DNA of 63,763 nucleotides, counting the filler, from Pelomyxa schiedti (Eukaryota > Protista > Evosea): NCBI GenBank assembly GCA_020536535.1. It is 13 parts of 13 records of this genome, joined end to end, with 100 filler letters (N's around TTAATTAATTAA, not from the genome) between each part and the next. Parts side by side here need not be neighbours in the genome. Positions count along the whole stretch, not along the records: positions 51,291 to 55,108 come from JAHLWZ010001676.1; positions 55,209 to 56,734 come from JAHLWZ010002441.1; positions 56,835 to 57,867 come from JAHLWZ010002966.1; positions 57,968 to 59,017 come from JAHLWZ010002933.1; positions 59,118 to 60,345 come from JAHLWZ010002675.1; positions 60,446 to 62,586 come from JAHLWZ010002111.1; positions 62,687 to 63,763 come from JAHLWZ010002879.1; 6 more parts are not named here. One strand, written 5' to 3'. This document shows, in pieces, positions 51,291 to 63,248 of the stretch. How positions within the stretch are numbered: position 1 is the first letter of the stretch; the number at the start of each line of letters is the position of its first letter. The notes beneath the pieces were generated by a model that saw nothing but the letters and a program-made list of their open reading frames with translations, searched no databases and had not been told where the DNA came from. Both the position numbers and the translations under genes were made by a program.

Positions 51291-53426
51291 GGTTCAGGAA
51301 CCTCATTGTTACTTCATGATGCAGTGGTGATACATTCACGAAGTTGGAGAAGTGCTGTTCAACAAGTGTGGCTGTTATATCAGGGAACAGTCGCAGCAGC
51401 ACCTTCCATGTACAAATAGATGCATGACCTCGCCACCTCTCATTCATTCTTACCACCTGGTAGTCACAGTCATTCGTTAGATGGTGCCTTTTTTCCATTG
51501 GGAGAGAGGAGAAAAAGTGCACACCTCATCAAGAGTCACATAGAATTTGTGAATCAACCATACAACATGCTTTGCTTTACCTTTCTCAATCAATTTGTAC
51601 AACAAGTGGTTATCATTCGCTTTTACTTGCTCTTCAGTAAGATTAAAGGTGTTAATCATCCACTGCACAACTTTTCCAGAATGGACTGATGGTGCATGTG
51701 TTAACCCCCTGGCGATGTGTTCCGCAGAATAGGCACAGCCGTGCATGATGATTTGTTTGGCCTGTGAGATGTCACCACACTCAACAATTACTGAAACCGC
51801 AGTTGGTCTCAAACGAATACTGACTGAAGAAGCACTGAATGTTTTCAGTAGCAGTAAAACCAACGTGAGGTGCCTGTAGAGGAAGTTCCACTCAATTCCA
51901 TCTTCGGCTGCTTTCACACTGACCTGGGAAAGTGCAATGTGGGACTGTGCCCACAAGACTCCACTGACCCCAGAGCTTACAAGGCCCTGCTTACACACAT
52001 ACAGGAAAAAATCACTGGGATCCCTCCACCGAGCAATATCTTCCAGCAGATGGAACGTGTTTTCCAGCCACTCTGCAATCAATACGTTGTTACAGCGGAG
52101 AGCTTCTGCGAGGCACCACACAAGTTCACTCCTGGAAGGATGGGGGGTTATCCTTGGAAGCAGGAGCTTCACCACTTCTTCGTTGTCTGTGCTGTTGCCA
52201 CATGCACTCTGGAATTTGCAGCTTGGACCCACACATTTACCACAGTCTCCATAGGCTGCCAGAAGCCACTTTAAGAGTTCTGCATCTCCAATAACGCGAC
52301 AGGCTTGCTGAATGTGTGATGTTGTGGGTTGGATTGAAAAATTAGTGAGAGCCCACTTGAGGATCCTGGCATTTCTTATCCTTTCTGGCTCAGGGTACTC
52401 TGTCATTGAATATTTTGCTTTGATCCACTGGCACAGTTCCTCAACGTTGGGGATTTGTTCAAAGCCTTCAAGTGCTCGAATGAGCGCAGCTGCTTTTTTT
52501 TGTGGGCGTTCGGCAGACTCACCAAAAAACCACTCAGTGCAAAGCTGCATAACTTCCAGATTTGGGCTTGCCACAAAAAGCTCCAGGCTGCTTCCAGGTT
52601 GGATTCTCGTTCTGCATTCTGACAGGACGGCAGTGGAAGATGCCAGCCACTTCACAATCTCTACGTTCCCCTTCCTCACAGCTGCTTGAAACGGCTCCAC
52701 AAGTTCCCAGGCAGACACACCAACACCAAACTTTGACATCACCCACTTCACGGTTTCAAGATTGCCACCCCAACATGCCTCATACAAAAGGCTGTGCGAA
52801 CTGAGGTATGTGTACCTGATGCGGTCAAGTAAGTCAGGATCGTCAACGGGCCAGTGCAAGGAACCACCCCTCCAGGGGATCGTTCTTCTGCTTTGAACAA
52901 GCTCTTCTGCGATTTCAATGTGTCCTCCTTCATTAAGTACATTGAGTTTCTGGTATTATTTAACCATCATTCGCCTTCAAACAGCGTAACGAAACCAAAA
53001 ATGGGTTATTCCACACACACCAGCACACAGGCCCTTGAGCACCGCGACGCACTCCTTCGCGTTGTTCCTGGTCGCTTTGTTCCTTACTATCCACTCGATG
53101 CACCTGGCGCAGCCCCCCGCCATCCCCCCGCACCTCAGCACCGCGTACCGCGACGCCGTCACGTTCGGCACGCGGCGCCGGCCCCACTCCTCCAACAGGG
53201 TCGCGGCCAGCAGGGCCCGGCACGCCCTGGGCACCAGCGGGAACAGCGCCTCCGCCGCCGCCACCACCCACACGCAGTCGTCGGCGCCCACCTGGGTGCC
53301 CAACCACGCCGCGTCGTGTGGCGCTACGACCGGGGCGACGATGTGGTCCCACACAACACGCGACACCATCATGATGTGGTCGATGGCCGCGGCGGCATCC
53401 ACATGGCAGAGGGCGTCTTCGTTCAT
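51291..53426 (-). CDS. Degenerate ankyrin-like repeat protein of a lineage-expanded family; 3' end in gap
   Basis: SRVVWDHIV...AEALFPLV...CIEWIV...VLKGLC; ACWGGNLETVKWV, AVRKGNVEIVKWL, ALRCNNVLIAEWL. Homologous to 62687-63248. Confidence 0.8.
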
Positions 53427-53669
53427 GTACACCGGGGCTGCAAGTCGAAATGAGAAAAACAGAATTTTTAGTGAGAAAGAAGCGTGAAGCGGCCCCACGG
53501 TAAGTCAGGGGAGACCATGCCGCCCTGGGGAAGAGGAACAAGCGGTACCCGCCTTGTGTTGTCTATTCCATCACGTCGTGCCATCTAATATCTAATTGTT
53601 TTATTTCTGGACGTGTTTGTTTCAATTAAATTAATTTAATTTATTTTTTAATTGTTTATTATTAATTTT

Positions 53670-54392
53670 AAAAAGCTACATACCACCGTGCCAGTATAAA
53701 AAAATGCAGAAGGAACTTACCTAGCCAGCTGGGATTACAAGACACCACGTCCGGCACCTAAATTATCCTACGTGAGAAAACGAAGAAAGAAGAAGCCACA
53801 TACTGGTGTCATGCGGAGACTTCCAATACAGGTGAATGGAAAAAAGAACTGGAGGCGTAATTAAAATTATTATAAAGAAGTTAATACATTATAATTTGTT
53901 ATTTATTTTTAACAAAAAGCAAATGGGAGAGTACCGCTTGTCCACTGCTTGTTCCTCTTCACGCCAGCAGCGATTTTGTACGTTGCCGGTTGCCATCTGG
54001 GCAGCTGGCGCAGCTGAAAAAAAAAAAACTACATACCACCGTAGGAAAAACCTAGCCAGCTGAGATTACAGCCACCACATCCAGCACCTAAATTATCCTA
54101 CGTGAGAAAACGAAGAAAGAAGAAGCCACATATGTGGTGGAAAGCTGCCGTAAATACTGGTGTAATGCAGAGACTTCTAATACAGGTTGAATGGAAAAAA
54201 GAACTGGAGGCGTAATTATACTTATTTAATAATTTTAAACTTAATTAATAATAAAGAAGTTAATACATTATAATTATTTAAAAATAAATTCGTTAAATAA
54301 TAAAATCAAAAACACTCCGATAAATAAAATGCAAACAGAACAGTTGTGGCGAAGAAGACAACAAAAAGCAAATGGGAGAGTACCGCTTGCTC
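53670..54392 (+). repeat. Tandem diverged copies 2 and 3 of the 50728 repeat family (~340-450-bp period)
   Basis: Repeated blocks such as GAATGGAAAAAAGAACTGGAGGCGTAATTA and AACAAAAAGCAAATGGGAGAGTACCGCTTG. Confidence 0.85.
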
Positions 54393-54747
54393 CTCCTCAC
54401 CACTGGCGGCATGGCCTCCCCTCGTCGATTTCTTTTGTGATAATGAAAAGACACACGCCACTGAACAATCGCCTTTGTCAAGGCCGCGCAGCCGCGATTC
54501 AACGAACACACGCGGCGCTGCCGCCGCGGCACAAAGCAGAAGAAAAAGTACCTGGATTGGAGGTGAATATCGAGGGCATAAAACTAAGGCAAACCTGCAT
54601 AACGCAGAGCGGAGCACATATATTTCCTGAGTTTTCCCTTCACAGGGTACCCTGTGAACCAGGACCTTTTCTGCCCCGTTGATGCCAAAAGCTGTGAGTG
54701 TTCAGCCTGTTGTTCACCGAAGATGATTTTTGCTAAAACACAGCTCA

Positions 54748-55108
54748 ATGGAATCCGTGGAGCCGATGCTGCAGTCGTGCCGGGTCCTCGATTCGCGGGA
54801 CCAGTTCGTGGCCCTCGCCATTGCTGCTGCTTCTCGCGTCACCCCACCCACTGTCCCGGTCCCCAGGCCCCCCTGCCCCGCCTCGCTTCTCCCCGCCGTG
54901 CTCGTGTCTGCCGAGATTGGCCGCCGCTGGGTCACGGCCACCGCCGCGATGGTCACCCTCGCCGCCCGCGTGGCCCAGAGCGGCTCCCGCGGGCTGCCCG
55001 GCCACGACCGCGACGGCGGGGGCCTCCCCGAGTTCGGCCGGGACGACGACGAGCCAGGGGGCGCGGCCCACTGCGCGGTGTGCTTCGGGGTGTCCTTCAC
55101 CGGCGGCG
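54748..55108 (+). CDS. Hypothetical protein N-terminus, probably a lineage-specific family; truncated by gap
   Basis: GC-rich ORF MESVEP...DSRDQFVALA...AEIGRRWV...CFGVS. Confidence 0.55.
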
Positions 55109-55208
55109 NNNNNNNNNNNNNNNNNNNNNNNNNNNNNNNNNNNNNNNNNNNNTTAATTAATTAANNNNNNNNNNNNNNNNNNNNNNNNNNNNNNNNNNNN
55201 NNNNNNNN

Positions 55209-55371
55209 GAAAAAGAAAAAAAAGAAAAAGAACCTCTCGGCAAAAAGAGTGGAGACAAGGCGAGAACGGTCCCACGAAAACTTGCTTGGGACGTGTGCGA
55301 GAACAAAGGCAACATTGAGCATAAGCTGTGGTTCTTGTCCGGGGAACAAACGGCGTCGCGTCGGGGTTCAT
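55209..55371 (-). CDS. N-terminal fragment with PAM2-like motif and RING-like finger; truncated by gap
   Basis: MNPDATPFVPR (PAM2-like NPxAxxFVP) followed by CCLC...PCLHSFCRE and a splice donor. Confidence 0.55.
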
Positions 55372-55897
55372 TTGCGGTAGTGTAGGCAATCGATCTAGAT
55401 CCTTGCTGTATGTATCGCTTTGTCGCTCACAAGTCAACACCGGCCGTAATTGCGACACAACAATGTACGTTCTCGCGCTTTGAGAATATTTTGCGAAATC
55501 AAAACCACATTTTTGGGGTGAAGATTACGTTGACAGTCACCTCTGAGGTGACTCCCGCGATTACCTGTATTGAACTGAGAACCGTCCCGAGACCCAGGAG
55601 GAAAGATTTGGGAAGGTAAGAACAATCAAGCCGCCGGAACTGAATCAGTTGATTTGAACCGTCACGCCAATAAGGATCTGAGAACGTTCTCAAAATGGGA
55701 GCTTTTACTATGTTGATTTCTTCGGAGTAAGTTACCTTGTTTGCTCAACACCATTTAATTTACCCTTCAAACGATGAGTGTCTACTTGCATTTCTTGTGC
55801 GGCTGGCATCCAAGGGCCGGTATTTTGGACACACGCACTTCCGCTCACTTGGTGCTTGGTGTTTTGACTGGGTTGTAAAACAGGAGCGCAGAGCTTG

Positions 55898-56734
55898 ATG
55901 ACCAGAACCAAAGTCTCTGCTGATATCGGTGTGGATATCGTGAGGATATTGACTGACAACATAGAAAAACGATGTGTGAATTGTGGAGGATATTACACCC
56001 AGGCCACAAATGCAAACGATGCATGCCGCTATCACCCGGTATCATTCACTCCTCTTGCCATGTTTTTTTTTTCTGAACTAACATGCACTGAAAGGGGGTA
56101 TTGTCCCAATCTCTTTATTTCAATCCATGGTTTCATTTGTCTAACTCTTCTCCTGTTTGGTGGTATCGATTTGATTCAGAACGTATGGTTTTTTCTTTTT
56201 CCCTTTTTTGGACTAATTTCTGGCGCAGTGTGTATGTGGATGATCTTTGCTTCTTTTATTTGACATATTTCCTCGTTCTCTTGATATTCTAACCTCTCTT
56301 GGGCGCCTATTGCAGGAGGTACGTCCCAACAATTGTTGTGTCATTGCACTCACGTGAAATTAGACTGTATCCTGGGTGTGTACATGAAGTCCAACCAAAC
56401 ATATTTCTAATTGAACTTTGTGCACCGTCTTATTCCACAGTACAATGTATATGCTCAAACCTTCTCTTTTTACTTCAGATAACAATTCCTACGACGCAGG
56501 ATGTGTGTCCTTTCCACTCTCCCTTGCTTTTCATGTCTCCAACTGATGGTTGGTTCAAATTGGGTTTCTAATTCCAGGGAGTGCGTTCTACAATCTATCC
56601 TCCCTTCCACCACGCCCCACAACCAAGCACCAATCATTGCCCAACCAAATAGGACCGTGAGGACCACTGGTCTTGCTGTGGATTCCGAGATGAGCCCTGC
56701 ACAGTGGGGCGCCACGTTTCTGTTCGGCCGAAAA
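55898..56734 (+). CDS. Hypothetical protein with CHORD-like Cys/His motif; multi-exon, truncated
   Basis: RCVNCGGYYTQATNANDACRYHP; the downstream exon structure is unresolved. Confidence 0.45.
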
Positions 56735-56834
56735 NNNNNNNNNNNNNNNNNNNNNNNNNNNNNNNNNNNNNNNNNNNNTTAATTAATTAANNNNNNNNNN
56801 NNNNNNNNNNNNNNNNNNNNNNNNNNNNNNNNNN

Positions 56835-57017
<183 letters not shown>

Positions 57018-57489
57018 TTATATCGCCTTGATTCTTCCAAAAAGGGAGCAATAGTAGGAGATCTTTTTTTGGCTTCCTCTCTTCAAGTGAACTGGAGAAT
57101 AAACTTGGAGCTCCGATTCCGGTGTGCATGAGGTACCTTCATTATTGGAAGCTGTTGCCCTACAGAGGAGAGTGAGGATCAGCGGTATGGTCTCTTTTTT
57201 ATTTAGCCAACTGTTTAAAGAGGGATGGGGATGGTGTTCTGGGCTATGGTCCCCACGTGGGTCTGGCAGTGCATAGTCTCGTCGCTGTTCTTGTCCTCGT
57301 GGTGCATCTCTGTTATGGAGTAAGACAGGAGCTCGTAGCCAATCAACCAAAAAGAAAAACTGAGTCACTGACAACTTATCTCGTCTTTCTTGTACTTACT
57401 CTTGGAACAGCACAGCCCCAAGCACAAACACGACGATCCAAGCGACATCTTTCTTTTTTTCACCTTTCGTTGAACTTGATTCGAGCGGG

Positions 57490-57867
57490 GATGTGGCGCC
57501 GTTGTTGAGACTGAGGGGTCACACTAACGTGGTGCGCCTGCTTGTTTTTGTGCTTATGGTTGGTGGTCATAATCCATAGCTAACACCATGTGAAGGTGTG
57601 GTGCTGTGCCTTTTCGCCCGACTGTGCTACCATTGCTACTGGCTCGTTTGATGGGAGCGTAAGGGGGTGGAAGAGTGGTGCATGTTACTCTGTTTTGGAA
57701 GGGCATACCAACTGGGTAGATAAAGAGTTGTTGTCCTCTCACCTTCTTTGTTTGTTTATTCGTTATTTGTTGTTTGTTTGGTTTTTTGGTTGTTGATAAT
57801 TTGAGAAAGGTTACATGCTGTTGCTTTTCTCCTGATGGGAAAATGATCGCTTCTGGGTCACATGATA
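57490..57867 (+). CDS. WD40 repeat protein fragment
   Basis: LRGHTN|VWCCAFSPD..TIATGSFDGSVRGW..LEGHTNW|VTCCCFSPDGKMIASGSHD. Confidence 0.85.
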
Positions 57868-57970
57868 NNNNNNNNNNNNNNNNNNNNNNNNNNNNNNNNN
57901 NNNNNNNNNNNTTAATTAATTAANNNNNNNNNNNNNNNNNNNNNNNNNNNNNNNNNNNNNNNNNNNNATG

Positions 57971-59017
57971 TCAAATTAGGAATGACAGTGGGGATTCCAG
58001 AGAAGGGGCACAGACATAAGAGACTGACACAGTGACGAGGCGCCGCCCCGTTGTTGGGTCTCTCACCTCAACAGAATAACCATGCGGTTCTGTGAGGATG
58101 AACAGAAGCCCACCTGCTGCCACAACCTGTGCACCTTGATCGTGGGTTACTATCCAATCTGGGGATGGAGTTGTGCTGTTGTTAATGTCCCAGATGTTGT
58201 GAGATGAACCACAAGATACACAGAATAATGACTCAGTCATCTGGGATACAGATTTGTTGCCAGGCACATCTTGCAAAATGAAACTCACTGGGCCCAAGGT
58301 GTTGCCCTCATCAACCTGGTGTATGTTGACACCATTTGCTCCCGTTCTGGTGGCCGTGGCACTCACAATGAATGCACGGGCACCACTTGCCTTGCGTAGA
58401 ACCAATACATTGTTGACACCACGAATTCTGGCACCGAACTTGGTTGTGCTCACTTCCACAAACTGCTTTGTTTTCCACGTTTCCTCAAGCTGAACAACAG
58501 TGAGTTCCACTGCAGAAGTAGAAATGCCACTGCACCGAATGGGTCCCGCTCTCACGGCACACAGGATTACTTCATCAGGTGCACTGCTGTTGAAAAAGAT
58601 GCTCAACGAGGGGAATGGGAGAGCGACCAGTGACTTCGGCATTGCCACCTCACACTTCAAACTGGCTATCTCATCAGCAGGGCTCAACTTCTCACTCACT
58701 TTGACAATCACCAGCCATGACAGGTCGTGCTTCAAACTCACAAACCACTTGCCATTTGCTCTGGCTTTACCCATGGCTGCGAGACCCTCAGTCATGCACC
58801 AGCAGTGGCCAGTATCTGGGCTCCTGAGAGTGTACGAAAGTGGGTGCCGCTGTGCAACCTCCACCAAGCAGTGATTGTTTCCCGCCAACAAGTAGAAGCC
58901 GGGCCTGCTTGAGTGAACCCCAACATCACCCATTACTGACCATCCCAGGACAGGAGACACCCTGAACGTGACACAGTCGGTAGCCCACCGCTGCAGAGGA
59001 ACGAAGAAGAACCTCTG
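57971..59017 (-). CDS. Hypothetical beta-rich protein, C-terminal part; 5' end in gap
   Basis: An uninterrupted ORF of more than 329 aa fills the contig (ANGKWFV, SVSQMTESLFCV, VEVRDPTTG). Confidence 0.7.
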   Translation of the reverse strand, partial: QRFFFVPLQRWATDCVTFRVSPVLGWSVMGDVGVHSSRPGFYLLAGNNHCLVEVAQRHPLSYTLRSPDTGHCWCMTEGLAAMGKARANGKWFVSLKHDLSWLVIVKVSEKLSPADEIASLKCEVAMPKSLVALPFPSLSIFFNSSAPDEVILCAVRAGPIRCSGISTSAVELTVVQLEETWKTKQFVEVSTTKFGARIRGVNNVLVLRKASGARAFIVSATATRTGANGVNIHQVDEGNTLGPVSFILQDVPGNKSVSQMTESLFCVSCGSSHNIWDINNSTTPSPDWIVTHDQGAQVVAAGGLLFILTEPHGYSVEVRDPTTGRRLVTVSVSYVCAPSLESPLSFLI

Positions 59018-60090
59018 NNNNNNNNNNNNNNNNNNNNNNNNNNNNNNNNNNNNNNNNNNNNTTAATTAATTAANNNNNNNNNNNNNNNNNNNNNNNNNNN
59101 NNNNNNNNNNNNNNNNNAGATCCCACAATTACATCCGCTACCTCGCTGGTCATTTTCAACGGTCCAGGAGCTGGTGGTTATCGCGCTCGTTTCGTTTCGT
59201 GGTTATTGCGGTTTGTTGATTTCTAAGAAGCGGAAAAAATCCAGACGAGAGAAGCGCAGCCGGGTGCTCCCAGTAGCTCTGCTGCCCCACCTGGTTGCGT
59301 TGAGTTTCCTTATTGTGGGATGTTCTAGTACATCTGCCCGGCACGTTGTTGGGGTCGACAATGGACAATGCTGTGACGGCGTCGTGACCCACGCACCAGA
59401 TGAGGTGGTGGGCGGACTGTCGTTTCAACATTGTGGGACCGTTGCAACGGCGACAACTTGGTGCCGAAAAAGACCCGCATGTTGTTGCTTGCAGGGCCTG
59501 ATTACTGAAGATGATTTTTGTCAAACACAAAGAAAGGGGGATGATACCATCAGGAAGCCAACTGTTCTGCCCCTGATGTTGTGCTGCTACTATGCTTCAG
59601 TTTGACAGAACCAACGGGGATCAAGTATTCCTGCACCTGCGGAACACCCACGTAAGTGAGATAATGATCCATGAACGTGGGAATTTCAAGGTTGTTATAC
59701 ACAACCATATTTTATTGATCTAATCAGAGTTTTGGCAGTTGGGAGATATGGGATCACGCAGGAACTACGATTGCGCAATGAACAGCATTTCCCCGACCGA
59801 AAAGCGGAGGGCACTATGTATAACGAAACCGTACACTTTCGATTATTATTGGCTCACTGTCCCCCGGTGGAATATCTTGCCCGTAGTTGTTGCAGGAGGC
59901 TAGCACCAGCACCAACCGCATACAGCTACAAATACACGAGATGGAGAAACCCAAACATGAAAAAAATGTTTTGTCACCAAACGACAGCCCGATGCATCGC
60001 TTCGTGTTTTATCGGATTTCGGGTACGCTCTTTTCGCATCGATGTGTGAGGGACAAATTTTCGTTTTCGTTTTTACGAACCCGAAGGAAG

Positions 60091-60345
60091 ATGAGGGGAC
60101 ATGTAACGTTTTTGAGCCAGGACGATGTTGTTGGCCTTAAGATATCAATGAGAGATGTACTACGTGTAGTAGAGGAAGGATTCAGGCTAAAAGGACTGGG
60201 TCAAGTTACCTCGTGCTAGCACATTTTTTTCGTTTCTTTTTTCCCCCTGAAACTTATTGCAACCCTGTTTTTTTAAACAGACAGAGATGCCACCAAAGCC
60301 TGGGATTCACCCAAGAAAAGACTGTGCATATTCCTGACTTTATTA
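60091..60345 (+). CDS. Ornithine cyclodeaminase / mu-crystallin family protein, N-terminal fragment
   Basis: MRGHVTFLSQDDVVGLKISMRDVLRVVEEGFRLKGLGQ|TEMPPKPGIHPRKD; one GT-AG intron, then a gap. Confidence 0.8.
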
Positions 60346-60445
60346 NNNNNNNNNNNNNNNNNNNNNNNNNNNNNNNNNNNNNNNNNNNNTTAATTAATTA
60401 ANNNNNNNNNNNNNNNNNNNNNNNNNNNNNNNNNNNNNNNNNNNN

Positions 60446-61075
60446 CCCCCTCACTGTAATTAATTCCTCTTTAAAAAAAATTGTTTTGGTCACCCTGGTG
60501 GCGGAGATCTGCTTCTAGAATTCGTTGGAAGGTTGCCCAATGTGGATGGTGCTTTTCTCTGGTGTGGATGGTGTTGTTGCGTCTGTCGTACCATTTCACA
60601 CTCTTTCTTGTTGGTTGATGGCAGGCCAGCGGAGGCACCAAAACTTGCCACTCACACATGGTGCACCTTGTTTTCTGTAGAAACGTCTTGGGATAGTGGC
60701 AGCCACTGAGTATAAGACTGTGATCATTCTATTAACACCCAGCCTTTTTTTTTCTTTCTTTGTGGGTTGGTGTGTGTTGCAAATCCGGCAACTTAGTTTT
60801 TGGTTGGGCACAGGGTGTTGAGTACCGTGGAGAACTACTAGATACGTCATGCATCACAGTTCAATGCAAGGTTGGTGTTCGTACAGAAAGAGGGAAAAAA
60901 AGTCCTTTCTCTGAACAAATCCCACTACAAATCAAAGAGTGCGACAGACGCAACAACACCATCCACACCAGAGAAAAGCACCATCCACATTGGGCAACCT
61001 TCCAACAAATACTAGAAGCAGATCTCCGCCACCAGGGTGACCAAAAAATGAAAGAAAATTAAAGAGTGAGGGGGG
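60446..61075. repeat. Inverted repeat: 105-bp core arms (60484-60588 / 60942-61046) with ~350-bp spacer
   Basis: Two visible mismatches in the core; weaker similarity extends to CCCCCTCACT / AGTGAGGGGG. Confidence 0.9.
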
Positions 61076-62686
61076 CCCGTTTTTTCCCCCAAAACTTGTG
61101 TGCATAATGGTAGAGCTGGGATGCCTCTGTTCAGACCAAAAGCATGCCCAATGTGTTGTCGAAGGACAGTACTATCGGTTGTACTGACTGAATCCAGTCT
61201 CTTCTTCCATCCGGCTGAACGAAAAAAAATCGGTTATGCCGGTTTCGTACCCAGGCTTTTTCATCTAAAAAACAAAATTCGAAGGGCAGGTTTTGATGTG
61301 GAAGAGCAAGTTCACTTCATGGAGTTCTTGAATGGGATTCATCTGCAAGAGTTGCCTTATTTCTTGCAGGAAGGTTTAACCCCACAGCTGCCATCAATGA
61401 ACCCCTTGACTAAGATGTGATTCAGACCATGTAAGTCCCACAGATGCTGCTTGGTGGCTCTTTCCACCAATGACTGAAATACTGCATAACATGAAGCATA
61501 GGCACCATTGAAGCCATTCCTCATTGGGGAAACTTGTGCCCAAGAGCAGTGTTGTTTCATGCATTGTAAATGAGTCCTCTCCCTCCCTTGCAGATCTCCC
61601 ACAGTAGTCTTCCCAAGTACTTGGAAGCACTCTTACTTGCTTTGATGGTGACTCAGCTTGATGACTGAGTGCCAAGTTGGTAAACTATTTATGGCCCCAC
61701 TATTCAGGAACCAGCAAGTTCATTCTCACAGATACCAGTGAACTCACCCTTTGTGTACTCCACAAAGTACACGAACTTGGATTGGAGACTGAGGACTGAG
61801 TGGAATCTTATGTTGTCTAAATACAAACAAGGAGGTTATCTTTGTGTGCTCGTTATCTCAGGCAGTTTAGGGGTAGATTCTGTGGTAATAATCTAAGGTG
61901 AATGTCAGTGCCCTGCACAGCTGGATGCACGAATACAGCAATAGGAACGTGGCATACAGTTTAACATGTTTGATTCCATGCACACTTGAGAATTGATCTG
62001 AACATCACAGCCTTTTTCGCAACCCCACAAACTCTCTGTGAACCCTTGACAATAATCAACAAAAGAACAAGAGAATCTTGATTCTCTCACTCCCATTTGT
62101 TTTCTTCCTCTGGGGGACTTATTCTCAAGTGAACAGAATCTACTCTAAACTGCCTGATAACGAATCACACACGAATCCTTAAACCACACATCTTGTGTTT
62201 CAACAGGTATTACACAACCTTGAGCTCAACCTTCAGGGACTCAGCAGTACACACACACACACAAGGATCTGATGTCGACTTGAGGGAATTTCTGGAATAA
62301 GGAAGTGTCAACTCAGGACACTCTACTGGCAGTACTAATCAGGCTTGAAGTTGTTGTTTCTCTGCCTGCGTTCTCAACGTGGCCTCAAAGCTCACCACAC
62401 CAACCAAATACTTATTTTTGCACCTTTACATTCATGATTTTTTCTCTGGGTGACTTCCTTCCAGAGGTCCCATAGAGTGTTAAACAGGTTAAAAAAGTGT
62501 TTCCCCACATTTTCCAGGCGTCGGTGCGCATGACAAGGCCCTCAGACCCATCGGTCATCAGTTCTCAGAAAAAACTCCGAGCGAAANNNNNNNNNNNNNN
62601 NNNNNNNNNNNNNNNNNNNNNNNNNNNNNNTTAATTAATTAANNNNNNNNNNNNNNNNNNNNNNNNNNNNNNNNNNNNNNNNNNNN

Positions 62687-63248
62687 CGCCCCCCTCGCCC
62701 CTGTTGGCCTCCTCCTGCGCCACCCAGCACTCGCACCCCCCACCCCTCCCAACAAACGCCTTCACTGTGCCCAGGTGGCCCCCGCGGCACAGACCCACCA
62801 TCACCGCGATCTGCTCCTTGGCCTTACGCCTCCTCCTCCTGCTCCCGCTCCCGCCAGCCTCTGGCTCCGCACCGGCGTCGTCCTTGTTGTTGTTGTGTGC
62901 GATTATCCACGCTACGCAGCGGGGGCAGTTGGCCGCTGCGGCGTCCTCGATGGCGCGGTAGTGCTCGCTGACCTCCACGGTGGTCCTGTACAGCCCCCTC
63001 ATCGGCGCGTCGGGGCGCGGGGCGACTGCGCGGCAGCACAGGGCAACGAGGGGGAACGCGGCCTCCCCGACGCGCAGCACGCACGACACCACCTCGGGGT
63101 CCACGGCCGCCCCGTAAGGGACGGTGTCGGGTCGGAGGACCCACGGCACGATAACTTGGTCCCACAGCACACGCGACACCCACAAGATCCGTTGCTTCGG
63201 GGTGGCCGTGGGCGTAGGGCTGCCTGCCGTGGTGATGGCCTCGTTCAT
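62687..63248 (-). CDS. N-terminal part of an ankyrin-like family protein (paralog of 51291-53426); truncated by gap
   Basis: WVSRVLWDQVIVPWV...GEAAFPLV...CVAWII...MVGLCRGGHL. Confidence 0.75.

Noticed and set aside
59156-59530. Merlin/IS1595-like zinc ribbon (PSCRRCNGPTML)
   Set aside because: Only one CxxC and no DDE motifs; insufficient support.
61100-62586. Possible gene or element remnant
   Set aside because: Only short broken ORFs with no recognisable motif.
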